This document shows positions 10,687-19,932 of a DNA stretch of 64,000 bases, piece after piece. Position 1 is the first letter of the stretch; the number at the start of each line of letters is the position of its first letter. The notes beneath the pieces were generated by a model. The model was not told where the DNA came from. It did not search any database and worked only from the letters and a program-made list of their open reading frames with translations. This DNA is from Bacilli bacterium (GTDB lineage: Bacteria > Bacillota_I > Bacilli_A > RFN20 > UBA1709): the NCBI GenBank assembly GCA_050949315.1, contig JBMNFL010000001.1, forward strand, positions 768,001 through 832,000, in the 5' to 3' direction. The translations under genes were made by a program, and so were the position numbers.

Positions 10687-12096
10687 TTACATCTTAACGA
10701 ATACGAATTTCAAGATTGCTAATATCGCAATCCCTGTGACAACAAGATCTTTCTTATTGTATTTACCAGTTAGTAATCTCAATAAAACATAGGTAATAGC
10801 ACCCACCATAATGCCATTACTAATAGAATAGGTTAAAGGCATAATGGCTAGAGTCATAAATGCGGTCGCCGCATTAGTGATGTCGGTGAAGTCCACATTA
10901 GTAATGTTTTTGATCATCAAGATACCGACATAGATTAAAGCGGGCGCAGTTGCCGCGGTTGGGACGTATTGAGCAACGGGGGCAACAAACAAGCAAAGCA
11001 AGAAAAGGATAGAAGTGACAACACTAGCAAGTCCAGTTCTAGCCCCTGATGCAACACCGCTTGCCGACTCAACGAAAGTAGTGATAGTTGATGTACCAGT
11101 TACTGCACCAGCAACAGTACCGATAGCATCAGAAAGCATAATTTCTTGTAAATTTTGGGGATCACCATTCTCGTCCACTAAACCAGCTTCAGTGGCGGTG
11201 CCATAAACAGTACCTAAGGTGTCGAAAATATCAACTAAACAATAGGTAATGACTAACATGATAACAGAGAATACTGAACCAATAGTTACGCCGTCAAAGG
11301 CTTTGCCAAATTTTAAATTGAAAAGCCCGTGTTTTGCCCAGTCGCTGAAGACAGTACCAACTGAAGTTTTTACGATGGCTTCGCTATCAAATAGCCCAAA
11401 AGCATAAAAGCAAGCCGTAGCTACTAAAATGCCAAGAATAACAGCGCTACTTCTTAACCAAGAAATCTTGGATTTAGCAAGAACAACAATAACAACTAAG
11501 CCAATAAAGGCTACAAGAGCAGGGGCAGCGCTTTTCCAAGTGCTGAAATCAGTAAGTGCTACAAAAGTATAGGGGTTACCGACAACGATTCCCGAATTTG
11601 CAAAACCGATAAGAGCGATGAATAGACCGATACCAGCGGGAATAGCACATTTCAAGCTCGTTGGCAAGGAGGTGGCGATGTGTTTTCTTACTCCAGTAAT
11701 AGACAAGATTAAGAAAATGATACCTGAGATAAGAATGACAGCTAAGCCAGCACCATAGCCATCAAAAACTGAATGACCTCCAATAAGACATGGTAGAATA
11801 AACGAAACAAAAAAGAATGAGTTCAATCCCATTCCCGCCGCGAGGGCAAAAGGTTTGTTGGCTAAAAAAGCCATACATAGAGTCGCGATAACAGCCGCAA
11901 GGATACCACCGACAAAGCAAGCGTTCCAAATACCCCATATGCCAGGGACATCAAAACTGAAACCAATCATTTGATTAGGATTTACAATAATGATGTAGCA
12001 CATTGCGAAGAAAGTGGTTAAACCTCCAACAATTTCGGCTCTAACTGTGGTGTGGTTTTCTTCTAGTTTGAAAACCCTGTTAAGAAAATTGTACAT
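10687..12096 (-). CDS. Guanine/hypoxanthine permease (NCS2 AzgA/PbuG-like)
   Basis: EIVGGLTTFFAMCYII.VNP, AGMGLN, DIFDTLGT, FVESASGV..GARTGL; lies downstream of a purine riboswitch. Confidence 0.92.
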   Translation of the reverse strand: MYNFLNRVFKLEENHTTVRAEIVGGLTTFFAMCYIIIVNPNQMIGFSFDVPGIWGIWNACFVGGILAAVIATLCMAFLANKPFALAAGMGLNSFFFVSFILPCLIGGHSVFDGYGAGLAVILISGIIFLILSITGVRKHIATSLPTSLKCAIPAGIGLFIALIGFANSGIVVGNPYTFVALTDFSTWKSAAPALVAFIGLVVIVVLAKSKISWLRSSAVILGILVATACFYAFGLFDSEAIVKTSVGTVFSDWAKHGLFNLKFGKAFDGVTIGSVFSVIMLVITYCLVDIFDTLGTVYGTATEAGLVDENGDPQNLQEIMLSDAIGTVAGAVTGTSTITTFVESASGVASGARTGLASVVTSILFLLCLFVAPVAQYVPTAATAPALIYVGILMIKNITNVDFTDITNAATAFMTLAIMPLTYSISNGIMVGAITYVLLRLLTGKYNKKDLVVTGIAILAILKFVFVKM

Positions 12097-12175
12097 TGGG
12101 TCCTCCTTTTTTCTTATACCGAAGTTAAAGTCGTGTGGATAACGTTGAAGGCGCGCTGGAAAACGCTTTTAGTAA

Positions 12176-12240
12176 TCGTAGTCTCGTCATTATACGGTGA
12201 CGAGGTAGAGACACCCGGACCAATTACCAGGCTTATACGA
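12176..12240 (-). ncRNA. Purine riboswitch aptamer, guanine-specific
   Basis: Minus strand UCGUA-UAA-GCCUGG-UAAUUGGU-CCGGGU-GUCUCUAC-CUCGUCA-CCGUAUAA-UGACGAG-AC-UACGA matches the P1/P2/P3 consensus; discriminator is C; -10 TATAAT at 12265-12260. Confidence 0.95.
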
Positions 12241-12319
12241 CCCTAACTTCATAGACCACATTATACCCCAACAAAATTCATTTGATAAGGGGTAATTTGC
12301 AAAAAGTTTAAAAAAGTTA

Positions 12320-12350
12320 AAAAAAGATAGCGCTTCCTTCGCGCTATCGC
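12320..12350 (-). terminator. argS terminator
   Basis: GATAGCG..CGCTATC followed by T-run on minus strand. Confidence 0.75.
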
Positions 12351-12354
12351 AAGA

Positions 12355-13995
12355 TTACATTTTTTCTGGAGCACTAACCCCAATCAAATTTAGGGCGTTT
12401 TTCATAGTGATTTTACAAGCCAGTAGCAATCCGCACCGTTCATTAGAAAGTTTTGGGTTTTTAGAATCGATAACTTTGCAAAGACCATAAAAGGCGTGGA
12501 AGGCTTGAGCTAAGCGTTGAATATAGTTACAAATTTTATTGGGGCCTCTAGTTTTAGCAGCCGAAGCCACCTCATTAGGAAAATCATTAATTAATTTTAA
12601 TAATTCAACTTCTTTTTCATGAGTTAATAAAGAATACACTTCTTGTTTTTTAAAAGAAGGGGCCATTTTCAAGATTGAACAGATGCGCGCGTGAGCATAT
12701 TGGGCATAGTAAACCGGATTGTCAGCGGATTGTTTAACAGCCAAATCCAAGTCAAAGTCCAAATGACTACTAACATCACGTGAGCAGAAGAAATAACGCA
12801 AAGGATCGACACCGATATCTTCTATTAATTCACTGAGAGTAATAACATTACCTGTCCTTTTTGACATTTTAACCTCAGTACCGTCTTTTAAAAGTCTAAC
12901 CATTTGTACAAGATCAACTTCTAAGCAATCGCTATCATTGCCAAGGGCTTGTAAGGCGGCTTTAATTCTAGCAACATAACCATGATGGTCGGCGCCGAAT
13001 AAATCGACGAGTTTAGAATAACCACGCTCAATTTTATAGGCATGATAAGCGATATCAGGAGCAAGATAAGTATAGGAGCCATCCTGTTTTCTTAAAACGC
13101 GATCTTTGTCATCGCCATAGCGAGTTGAGGCAAACCAAAGAGCTCCGTCTTCTTCATAGAGGAAGCCGGCTTTATGTAGTCTTTCTATAACCTCTTCAAT
13201 TCGTCCATCTTCACGGATTTTTTTCTCGCTTATCCAAGAATCAAAAGTAACACCAAAACGTGATAAAACTTCTTGTATTTTTTCTAGTTCTCTTTTCGTC
13301 CCCTCGGTTTTAAAATACTCTAAACGTTCTTTTTGGTCTACTGTTAGCCATTTATCGCCATCACAATCTTTAATATCTTGGGCGATTTCAATAATGTCTG
13401 GACCATAGTAACCATCAGTGGGCATAGGATAATCAAGGTCAAAGAGTTCAAGATAACGGCTAAGCAAAGACTCACCTAAATTGTCAATTTGATTGCCACC
13501 ATCATTAATATAAAACTCCCGCAAAACCTCGTAAGAACTAGCTTTCATAAGCCGGGTAGTTGAATCGCCCCAAGCGGCCGCTTTAGAGTGACCAACATGC
13601 ACATCGCCAGTTGGGTTAACCGACACATATTCAACTAAAACTTTCTGACCGGCACCCGTTTTGTTTTCGCCATAACGATCGGCTTTTTCAATAACAACAT
13701 TAATACAAGAAGCAAGAGCACTTTCTTTAAGATAAAAATTAATAAAACCAGGTCCAGCGACTTCAATTTTATGAACGGGAAGTGAAAAAGCCAATAATTC
13801 TTCTTTGAGTTTATTGGCAACTATTTGCGGTTTAGTTTTAAGAGTTTTAGCATAGCGCAGGGCAACGTTGCTTGAATAGTCACCCAAAAGAGAATTTTTA
13901 GGGATTTCAAGCATAATGTCTTCAACCACGAGATTGAAAGAATTTTTAAAAGCCTGGACTAGGGCCTCTTTTAATACTTTTTCTAAGCGATTCAT
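12355..13995 (-). CDS. argS: Arginine--tRNA ligase
   Basis: GPGFINF, VEYVSVNPTG.VHVGH, GADHHGY, KMSKRTG, NPVYYAQYAHAR. Confidence 0.97.
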   Translation of the reverse strand: MNRLEKVLKEALVQAFKNSFNLVVEDIMLEIPKNSLLGDYSSNVALRYAKTLKTKPQIVANKLKEELLAFSLPVHKIEVAGPGFINFYLKESALASCINVVIEKADRYGENKTGAGQKVLVEYVSVNPTGDVHVGHSKAAAWGDSTTRLMKASSYEVLREFYINDGGNQIDNLGESLLSRYLELFDLDYPMPTDGYYGPDIIEIAQDIKDCDGDKWLTVDQKERLEYFKTEGTKRELEKIQEVLSRFGVTFDSWISEKKIREDGRIEEVIERLHKAGFLYEEDGALWFASTRYGDDKDRVLRKQDGSYTYLAPDIAYHAYKIERGYSKLVDLFGADHHGYVARIKAALQALGNDSDCLEVDLVQMVRLLKDGTEVKMSKRTGNVITLSELIEDIGVDPLRYFFCSRDVSSHLDFDLDLAVKQSADNPVYYAQYAHARICSILKMAPSFKKQEVYSLLTHEKEVELLKLINDFPNEVASAAKTRGPNKICNYIQRLAQAFHAFYGLCKVIDSKNPKLSNERCGLLLACKITMKNALNLIGVSAPEKM

Positions 13996-14005
13996 AACAA
14001 TACTC

Positions 14006-14941
14006 CTAAGTATCATCTATTATATCGTTTTTAACTGGCGTTTCCAAGTTTTTTACAGGTATTTTCTTTCCGTTTTTTACTTGAACTTGGATTAAGAAAA
14101 TGGCGATGGTAACTAAAACAGCCCCAACAACCAAGTTAACTGTTATAACTTCACCATAAAGAATGATAGAGATAATAGTAGCAAACAAGCCTTCTTGGGA
14201 CATAATAATTGAAGTTTCGTTAGGTGAAAGGTGTTTTTGGGCCCAATATTGTCCCGCCGAACAAAAAGCGGTAGCAAAAAGAGCACAGAATAGAATCCCC
14301 GGCCAGCCTTTAGGTCCTCCAGTAAGAGGATCTGATCTAATAATAATAGAAATCCCTGCTAAAACTCCCATGGTAAAAAGTTGGACGCAAGTTATAACTA
14401 TGGGGTTTAAATCTTTAGCTTTTTTATCAATAAAAATAATGTGAACGGCAAAAAGAAAGGCACCGACAAGCACAAGGGCATCGCCGATGTGAAAGGCAAC
14501 TTCATGGGTAAAACTTAAAACTAGGGCTGCGATAATTTCTAAAACAAAGGCTAAAACAACAGTCCAACGAAGTTTGTTTTTGAAAACAATTCGTAAAATA
14601 ATGGGCACAAAAACCAGCCCACAAGTAGTAATAAAGGCCGTATTAGGAATGGAAGTTAGTTTCTGTCCTTCTAATTGAAAAGCATAGGCTACAAAGAAGA
14701 TGACTCCCGCCCCAAAGCCGACTTTAAGGCTATATTTATCTTTCCAAAATTTGGTTTTAATACAAAAAAGTAAGCAAATCAAAAAACCGATAGAGTTGCG
14801 AAAGAATAAAATAGAATAAACTGACCAGCCATCGTCAATTGCTAGTTGTGCCGCTGAGTAACCGCCACCCCAGAGAATGGTGACAACTATCATTAGGACA
14901 AAGGCTACTTTATGGTGTCCATATTTTTTTATTGGTGACAT
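14006..14941 (-). CDS. DMT/EamA family transporter
   Basis: ILWGG, two EamA repeats, about 10 TM helices, GDALVLVGAFLFAVHII. Confidence 0.88.
   Translation of the reverse strand: MSPIKKYGHHKVAFVLMIVVTILWGGGYSAAQLAIDDGWSVYSILFFRNSIGFLICLLFCIKTKFWKDKYSLKVGFGAGVIFFVAYAFQLEGQKLTSIPNTAFITTCGLVFVPIILRIVFKNKLRWTVVLAFVLEIIAALVLSFTHEVAFHIGDALVLVGAFLFAVHIIFIDKKAKDLNPIVITCVQLFTMGVLAGISIIIRSDPLTGGPKGWPGILFCALFATAFCSAGQYWAQKHLSPNETSIIMSQEGLFATIISIILYGEVITVNLVVGAVLVTIAIFLIQVQVKNGKKIPVKNLETPVKNDIIDDT
14019..14047 (-). promoter_or_regulatory. SigA-type promoter for argS within the 3' end of the EamA gene
   Basis: TTGGAA-17 bp-TATAAT, then AGGAG RBS. Confidence 0.6.
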
Positions 14942-15072
14942 AGTAAATAAAAGCGGTTAATGGTGTTTTGGGCATAAAAAAAGACTTGAATACCAAGTCC
15001 TAGGCGTAATAAAATAGGCAAGGTCTTATGGTATTGACTTAGAATTTTGCCCAAAACCTTTGTAAGAAACAT
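14929..15072 (-). CDS. Putative 47-aa leader ORF overlapping the EamA start
   Basis: GAAAGGAG RBS 8 nt before ATG 15072; MFLTKVLGKILSQYHKTLPILLRLGLGIQVFFYAQNTINRFYLLCHQ*. Confidence 0.4.
   Translation of the reverse strand: MFLTKVLGKILSQYHKTLPILLRLGLGIQVFFYAQNTINRFYLLCHQ
14976..15000 (-). terminator. Terminator/attenuator upstream of the EamA gene
   Basis: GACTTG-GTATT-CAAGTC followed by T7 on minus strand. Confidence 0.65.
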
Positions 15073-15178
15073 AAAAATCTCTCCTTTCAAAAGTTCAAAG
15101 CAAGCAATAAATTTTATCTAAGCCAAAATATCGGGGTCAAATTTTCTTTTTATACCATCAATTGAGCGTAAATAGGGA

Positions 15179-15206
15179 ATTATACATTCGAAAAGCGAAA
15201 TGTCAA
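15179..15206 (-). promoter_or_regulatory. Consensus SigA promoter
   Basis: TTGACA-16 bp-TATAAT. Confidence 0.75.
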
Positions 15207-15336
15207 AGGCGATACTGTTAAGACAAGTAAAATTAAATATTTGCCACTCCATATACATCGCCCCTTTCTAATAAAAACACACTGTAAGACCATTATAGCA
15301 TAGAAAAAAAATAAAGGGGGAATATCGGGCAAAAGT

Positions 15337-18300
15337 TTAGTTTTCTTCCTCTTTTTTCTTCATTTTCTTTTCTTTTACAATAATAATCGCGCTCAAAACA
15401 AAGCCAGCAAAAATACAGACTATAGAAACCTTCACGCCCTTTATTAAGTTTGGAGTTGTGTATTGAAGATGATAGTCGTGTTTTCCACTTTCAGCCACAA
15501 AGCCTAGAAAGCCAGAATCTAGCTTGAGTAAAGATTGTTCTTCGCCATCAATTTTTAAATTCCATCCCTTATCATAAGGAACGCTTAAAACCACGAGTCG
15601 TTTATTAGGATAATTAGTTGTAAAATCTAAGCTATTATTACGATGTCGGATATCTTGCAAAGGAAAAGCGGCGCGTTTAGTCATACGGGCTTGATATTTA
15701 GTAAAGGGCTCTTCCCACAAAGCAAGGCCAAACTTAGTAAAGGTAGAAACATTAGCGTCACCCAGTAGTTCGAGAACAATTTTATTAACACTTTTTCTTA
15801 AATAAAAGCCGCGAGCAAACTTGTGATCGTTTTCATGGTCATAATTATTAATCCCATGAGCATCTTCGCTAACCAGTTCATCGTTATTGTAAAGACTGAT
15901 TTTAACATTAGGCCCATAACAGAGTTTGACAATTAGATGATAGCCTCCTATTTCTTCTGCGTTTTTTCCTATTCTGTTTGTTTCAGGGAATTCAATTTTA
16001 ATTTGGTCGCCACTTAAACCTCTATCCTTCCAAGGCCCATATAATTTGTCTTGGCGCGCGGGATCTAAAGCGCCTTTGAGCGCATAAATAGAGGATAAAC
16101 TAACCCACTCTTCGCTTTCTCTAGCCTTAAATTTAAGTCCGCCATTTGGAAGGGGAACTCGTTTGAAATCACTGAAGAGATGGGAAACAACTTTTAAATC
16201 ATCGCCAAGACTTTCTTTAACTAAAGGAAGATCAGCGTCCTGAACTACAGCAACTTCATTTAAAAAAGCCTCACGCATAAAGTGTTCAGAAGCGTGGAAG
16301 TTTTTGTTAGCAATCGCGGTGTCAAAAGAATAACCGAGTTCACAGTGGTAGTCGTTTTTGTATAAAGCAAAGTGTTCGCTTTCTTTAAACAGGCTAAAAC
16401 CAAGAGGGACATTGAGATCATCTTTCTTTAAAAGATAATATTTAACATTTAAGAAAGAATCTAAGTTGTAACGTTTCTCATCAATACCCATCGACCAGTT
16501 GCCATAGGTATAAGAGGCTCTTGTCCAGTCCTGAATAAAGGTGGTTAACTCACTATTATTTACTGAGTGAAAAGAACCGAGACCCTTATAGTTAAGTGTT
16601 AAAGCGAGATTGTTAGCATTACGATCGGCGGTGCTGTTGAATAAGCGATAAAAAGAAGGGTCTTCTTTGTTTAAGGAAGACACCAAGGCGCGTTGCTCAT
16701 TTAAGAGATTTTGTCCGCCATACATGTTCCAATAATTCTGGACCCCTTGGACGTTTACCGAGACAGTAGCCGTTAATAAAATATCAAGAACAACGAAGAT
16801 AAGAAGCAGTTTTTCTACCCGTATTTCCCCTACTTTTTGATTTATCCAAAAAGATTCCTTACAGAAGACTTCTTTAAGAATATAATAGTTAACAAAAGTG
16901 AAAATAATGATAACAAAAATGTAAGCGATATGAAGATTATCGGCAGTAAAAGCTCCTTGTTTGGCAGCTAAGGCTATTGTTACAGATTGGATAACTAAGG
17001 TAATAAACAAAGCATAATCAAAGTAATGACGGGGTATTTCAGTAAGCCGATCAATAACTGGAATGGTTGAAACTAAAATAAAGATGACAATCACGATTAA
17101 CCAGCGTCCGTAAAGGACAGAACTAAAGCCGCCAAAAAGCAAATAGAAAAAGGGAATAAAGGGTGATACACATAAGAGAATGGTAGCGATAATGTGGCTG
17201 GGACGCTTTTCTTTAAAGGCCAAAAATAAACGAGTCCAAGTCAAGAGTAAAAGGGGCAAGGTTATATAAAGACTAGAATAAGTATTGTCATAGTAGGAAG
17301 AACTAAAAAGTAGGTTTTCCCAACAACCAACTTCAGGAAAAACAAATTCAACTAAAGGATAAAAAACATAACGAGTTGGATTAGGCTTATCAAAAACAAA
17401 AATAAATTTTAGTAAAGCGTTGAGATTGCTGCCCTTAAAAAAGGCGCTTAGGGATTTAAGTTCGCCTAAAAGATAACCATCAGCAGTTTTAACAGGATTC
17501 ACAAAGAAGAAGCGTAGGAAGGTTAAAGCACTGGTTGAATATTCTACTCGCGATAAAGTTCCAACGATGTTAAAAGCCGGGAAAATAATGAAAGCACAGG
17601 CGCCGACACCCAAAAGAGAAAAGACGAAAGCTTGAAAGAGAATATTTAAATTGAAACCCTTATTTTGACGGAAACATTGGAAATACCTAAAAATACCATA
17701 AGCCAAGGTTGAGAAGACAAAGGTAAAGAGAAAGAAATAATTAACTAGGCCACAGATGAAAAGCGCAAGGCCTAAAAAATAGCCCTTTCTTTTTTGTAAG
17801 CAGTATTCAACACCAATCAGTGTTAGAGGCAGTACGGCCAGAACATCATGAAAATGGTTGAACCAAAGATAGAAGAAGCCCCAACCACAAAAAGCGTAAG
17901 CGCAGGCGCCGATTAAAGCTGTTGTTGCTCGCGTTTTAAAAAACTTCTTAAAAAGGATGTACATTAAAAGTCCGGCCGTCGCTAGCTTAATGGTCATCAT
18001 AATAAAGATGCCCTGAGGAACCAAAATTGGTGGTAGTAAATAAATAGGAAAGGAAAAAGGACTGGTTAAATAATAAAAAGTGTTGGCGGCAAAATAGTTG
18101 TAACCTAAAAAGCCTTGATAACTCCACATTTTAAATTCACCAGTAGTAATAAGTGTCCAAAAAGCATTGCGACCTTCAACATAAAAGTGCAGTTGTTGTA
18201 AACTGTAATCGCCATTTATGGGTAAGGCTAAACCGTTTCCTAAGGCAAAAAAGCCGAGGATTAAAAAGGAAATTAACCAAATAAAAGAGAAGACGCGCAA

Positions 18301-18360
18301 ATATTCATGTCTTTTGTAAAAACCGATTATTTTTAGCAAAAAAAACTTTGTTTTTTTCAT
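15337..18360 (-). CDS. YfhO family membrane glycosyltransferase (GT-C)
   Basis: GD...Q, YYLTSPF, AYAFCG, polytopic N-half, SVPYDKGW..IDG C-terminal motif. Confidence 0.88.
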   Translation of the reverse strand: MKKTKFFLLKIIGFYKRHEYLRVFSFIWLISFLILGFFALGNGLALPINGDYSLQQLHFYVEGRNAFWTLITTGEFKMWSYQGFLGYNYFAANTFYYLTSPFSFPIYLLPPILVPQGIFIMMTIKLATAGLLMYILFKKFFKTRATTALIGACAYAFCGWGFFYLWFNHFHDVLAVLPLTLIGVEYCLQKRKGYFLGLALFICGLVNYFFLFTFVFSTLAYGIFRYFQCFRQNKGFNLNILFQAFVFSLLGVGACAFIIFPAFNIVGTLSRVEYSTSALTFLRFFFVNPVKTADGYLLGELKSLSAFFKGSNLNALLKFIFVFDKPNPTRYVFYPLVEFVFPEVGCWENLLFSSSYYDNTYSSLYITLPLLLLTWTRLFLAFKEKRPSHIIATILLCVSPFIPFFYLLFGGFSSVLYGRWLIVIVIFILVSTIPVIDRLTEIPRHYFDYALFITLVIQSVTIALAAKQGAFTADNLHIAYIFVIIIFTFVNYYILKEVFCKESFWINQKVGEIRVEKLLLIFVVLDILLTATVSVNVQGVQNYWNMYGGQNLLNEQRALVSSLNKEDPSFYRLFNSTADRNANNLALTLNYKGLGSFHSVNNSELTTFIQDWTRASYTYGNWSMGIDEKRYNLDSFLNVKYYLLKKDDLNVPLGFSLFKESEHFALYKNDYHCELGYSFDTAIANKNFHASEHFMREAFLNEVAVVQDADLPLVKESLGDDLKVVSHLFSDFKRVPLPNGGLKFKARESEEWVSLSSIYALKGALDPARQDKLYGPWKDRGLSGDQIKIEFPETNRIGKNAEEIGGYHLIVKLCYGPNVKISLYNNDELVSEDAHGINNYDHENDHKFARGFYLRKSVNKIVLELLGDANVSTFTKFGLALWEEPFTKYQARMTKRAAFPLQDIRHRNNSLDFTTNYPNKRLVVLSVPYDKGWNLKIDGEEQSLLKLDSGFLGFVAESGKHDYHLQYTTPNLIKGVKVSIVCIFAGFVLSAIIIVKEKKMKKKEEEN

Positions 18361-18487
18361 CTCTTTCCCCTCACCACTTAATTATACATAGACCGAAGCC
18401 CGATAACAAGAAGCGGAGTTTTTACAAAATTAACTAAATAAAAAGAAAAATAAGTGTATAATGGAAAAGGCAGAGGAGAAAAATTAT

Positions 18488-19087
18488 ATGTATAAACAAT
18501 ATCGTTCGGGTTGGATTGAGGTTATTACAGGTTGTATGTTTGCGGGGAAAACAGAAGAACTCATTAGACGGATAAAAATTCTTCAGTACGCCAAAAAACA
18601 GATTTTGGTTATCAAACCCAGCATGGATAATCGCTATAGTGAAGACGAAATCGCCTCCCATTCGGGCTATCGAGTAAAAAGTATAAGCGCTAATAAGGCA
18701 CGAGATATTTTAAAATATGTAGATAATAAAACCGAGGTTGTGGCTATTGATGAGGCCCAATTCTTTGACCGCGATTTAATTTTGGTTTGCGATTCCTTGG
18801 CGGATGCAGGGATTAGAGTGATGATTGCTGGTTTAGATTGCGATTTCCGTGGAGAACCCTTTGGGATTATGCCAGAACTGCTAGTCAAAGCGGAATTCGT
18901 AACTAAATTAAGTGCCGTTTGTCCAAAATGTGGCCAACCAGCCACAAGAACGCAACGTTTAGTTGATGGCAAGCCGGCTGATTATAACGATCCTATTGTT
19001 TTAGTAGGAGCTAGCGAATCTTATGAACCACGATGCCGTCATTGTCACGAGGTTTTAAATTCTCCGAAAATAAAAATTAAAAGATAG
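18488..19087 (+). CDS. tdk: Thymidine kinase
   Basis: GCMFAGKTEELIRR, IDEAQFF, GLDCDFRGEPF, YEPRCRHCH. Confidence 0.96.
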   Translation: MYKQYRSGWIEVITGCMFAGKTEELIRRIKILQYAKKQILVIKPSMDNRYSEDEIASHSGYRVKSISANKARDILKYVDNKTEVVAIDEAQFFDRDLILVCDSLADAGIRVMIAGLDCDFRGEPFGIMPELLVKAEFVTKLSAVCPKCGQPATRTQRLVDGKPADYNDPIVLVGASESYEPRCRHCHEVLNSPKIKIKR

Positions 19088-19089
19088 AG

Positions 19090-19920
19090 ATGAAAAAAGA
19101 TACATTAAAAAATTTAGCACAATCGGCTCTCGCAGATACTTCTTTGTTATCTAGTTATAAAAGGAAGTTGGTTTTCAGAATTATACTTTTATTATTTTGC
19201 TTTGTTCTTTATTTTTTCTATCCGCCTTTAGAAAGCGACATTCTTAATTTTGACTTTCAAAATTTGTCTCTAGTTCATATCGTTTGGTTGGTTCTTCTTT
19301 TAGAAATGCTTCTAGTCTTTTTTAGACGGAGTAAAATCAGCATGGGTAGTGTCAAACAATTTAAACGCAATTATCAAAAAAGTTCTGTTGAAGTTTCAGA
19401 AGAAGAGGTAAAGGCCATTAAAAGAAGATTAAATATCGGGGCTTTGAAGGTTCTTATTGTTTGGTTGATTTTAAATGGTGCAGTCGCTTTAATTTATTTT
19501 ATTAATTGGATTGGAATTAAAGAATTATTTATTCTTTCAGCTTTATATTATGTCGGTGATTTGGTTTGTGTAATTTATTTTTGTCCCTTTCAAAGGTGGT
19601 TCATGCACAATCGCTGTTGTGTGACTTGTCGGATTTTTAACTGGGATCAACCAATGATGGTCACTCCCCTCTTGTTTATTCCTAGCTGGTATAGTTATAC
19701 TTTAGGTGCAGCAGCACTTTTCGCGCTTATAATGTGGGAGTACAATTTTTGGAAACACAGTGAGCGTTTTATCGAACTATTAAACGAAAACTTACAATGT
19801 CGAAACTGTAAGGATAAGATGTGTGTTTATCGTAAACCCTTGATAAAAACACCCAAAAAACTTAAAAACATAGAAGAGAGCATCCATAAGAGCAAATACA
19901 ACAAAGATGCCAAACAGTAA
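19090..19920 (+). CDS. Cys-rich membrane protein of unknown function
   Basis: About 5-6 TM segments; CVIYFCPFQ, RCCVTCRIFNWD, CRNCKDKMC. Confidence 0.7.
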   Translation: MKKDTLKNLAQSALADTSLLSSYKRKLVFRIILLLFCFVLYFFYPPLESDILNFDFQNLSLVHIVWLVLLLEMLLVFFRRSKISMGSVKQFKRNYQKSSVEVSEEEVKAIKRRLNIGALKVLIVWLILNGAVALIYFINWIGIKELFILSALYYVGDLVCVIYFCPFQRWFMHNRCCVTCRIFNWDQPMMVTPLLFIPSWYSYTLGAAALFALIMWEYNFWKHSERFIELLNENLQCRNCKDKMCVYRKPLIKTPKKLKNIEESIHKSKYNKDAKQ

Positions 19921-19932
19921 TGAGGGAAAAGC

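Noticed and set aside
12134-12142. Perfect DnaA box (TGTGGATAA); another at 2189-2197
   Set aside because: Isolated single boxes, one in a riboswitch platform and one inside a CDS; compatible with chance.
13996-14050. T-box leader for argS (and for metG at 50088-50160)
   Set aside because: Leaders are too short and lack the GGTGGNACC T-box motif.
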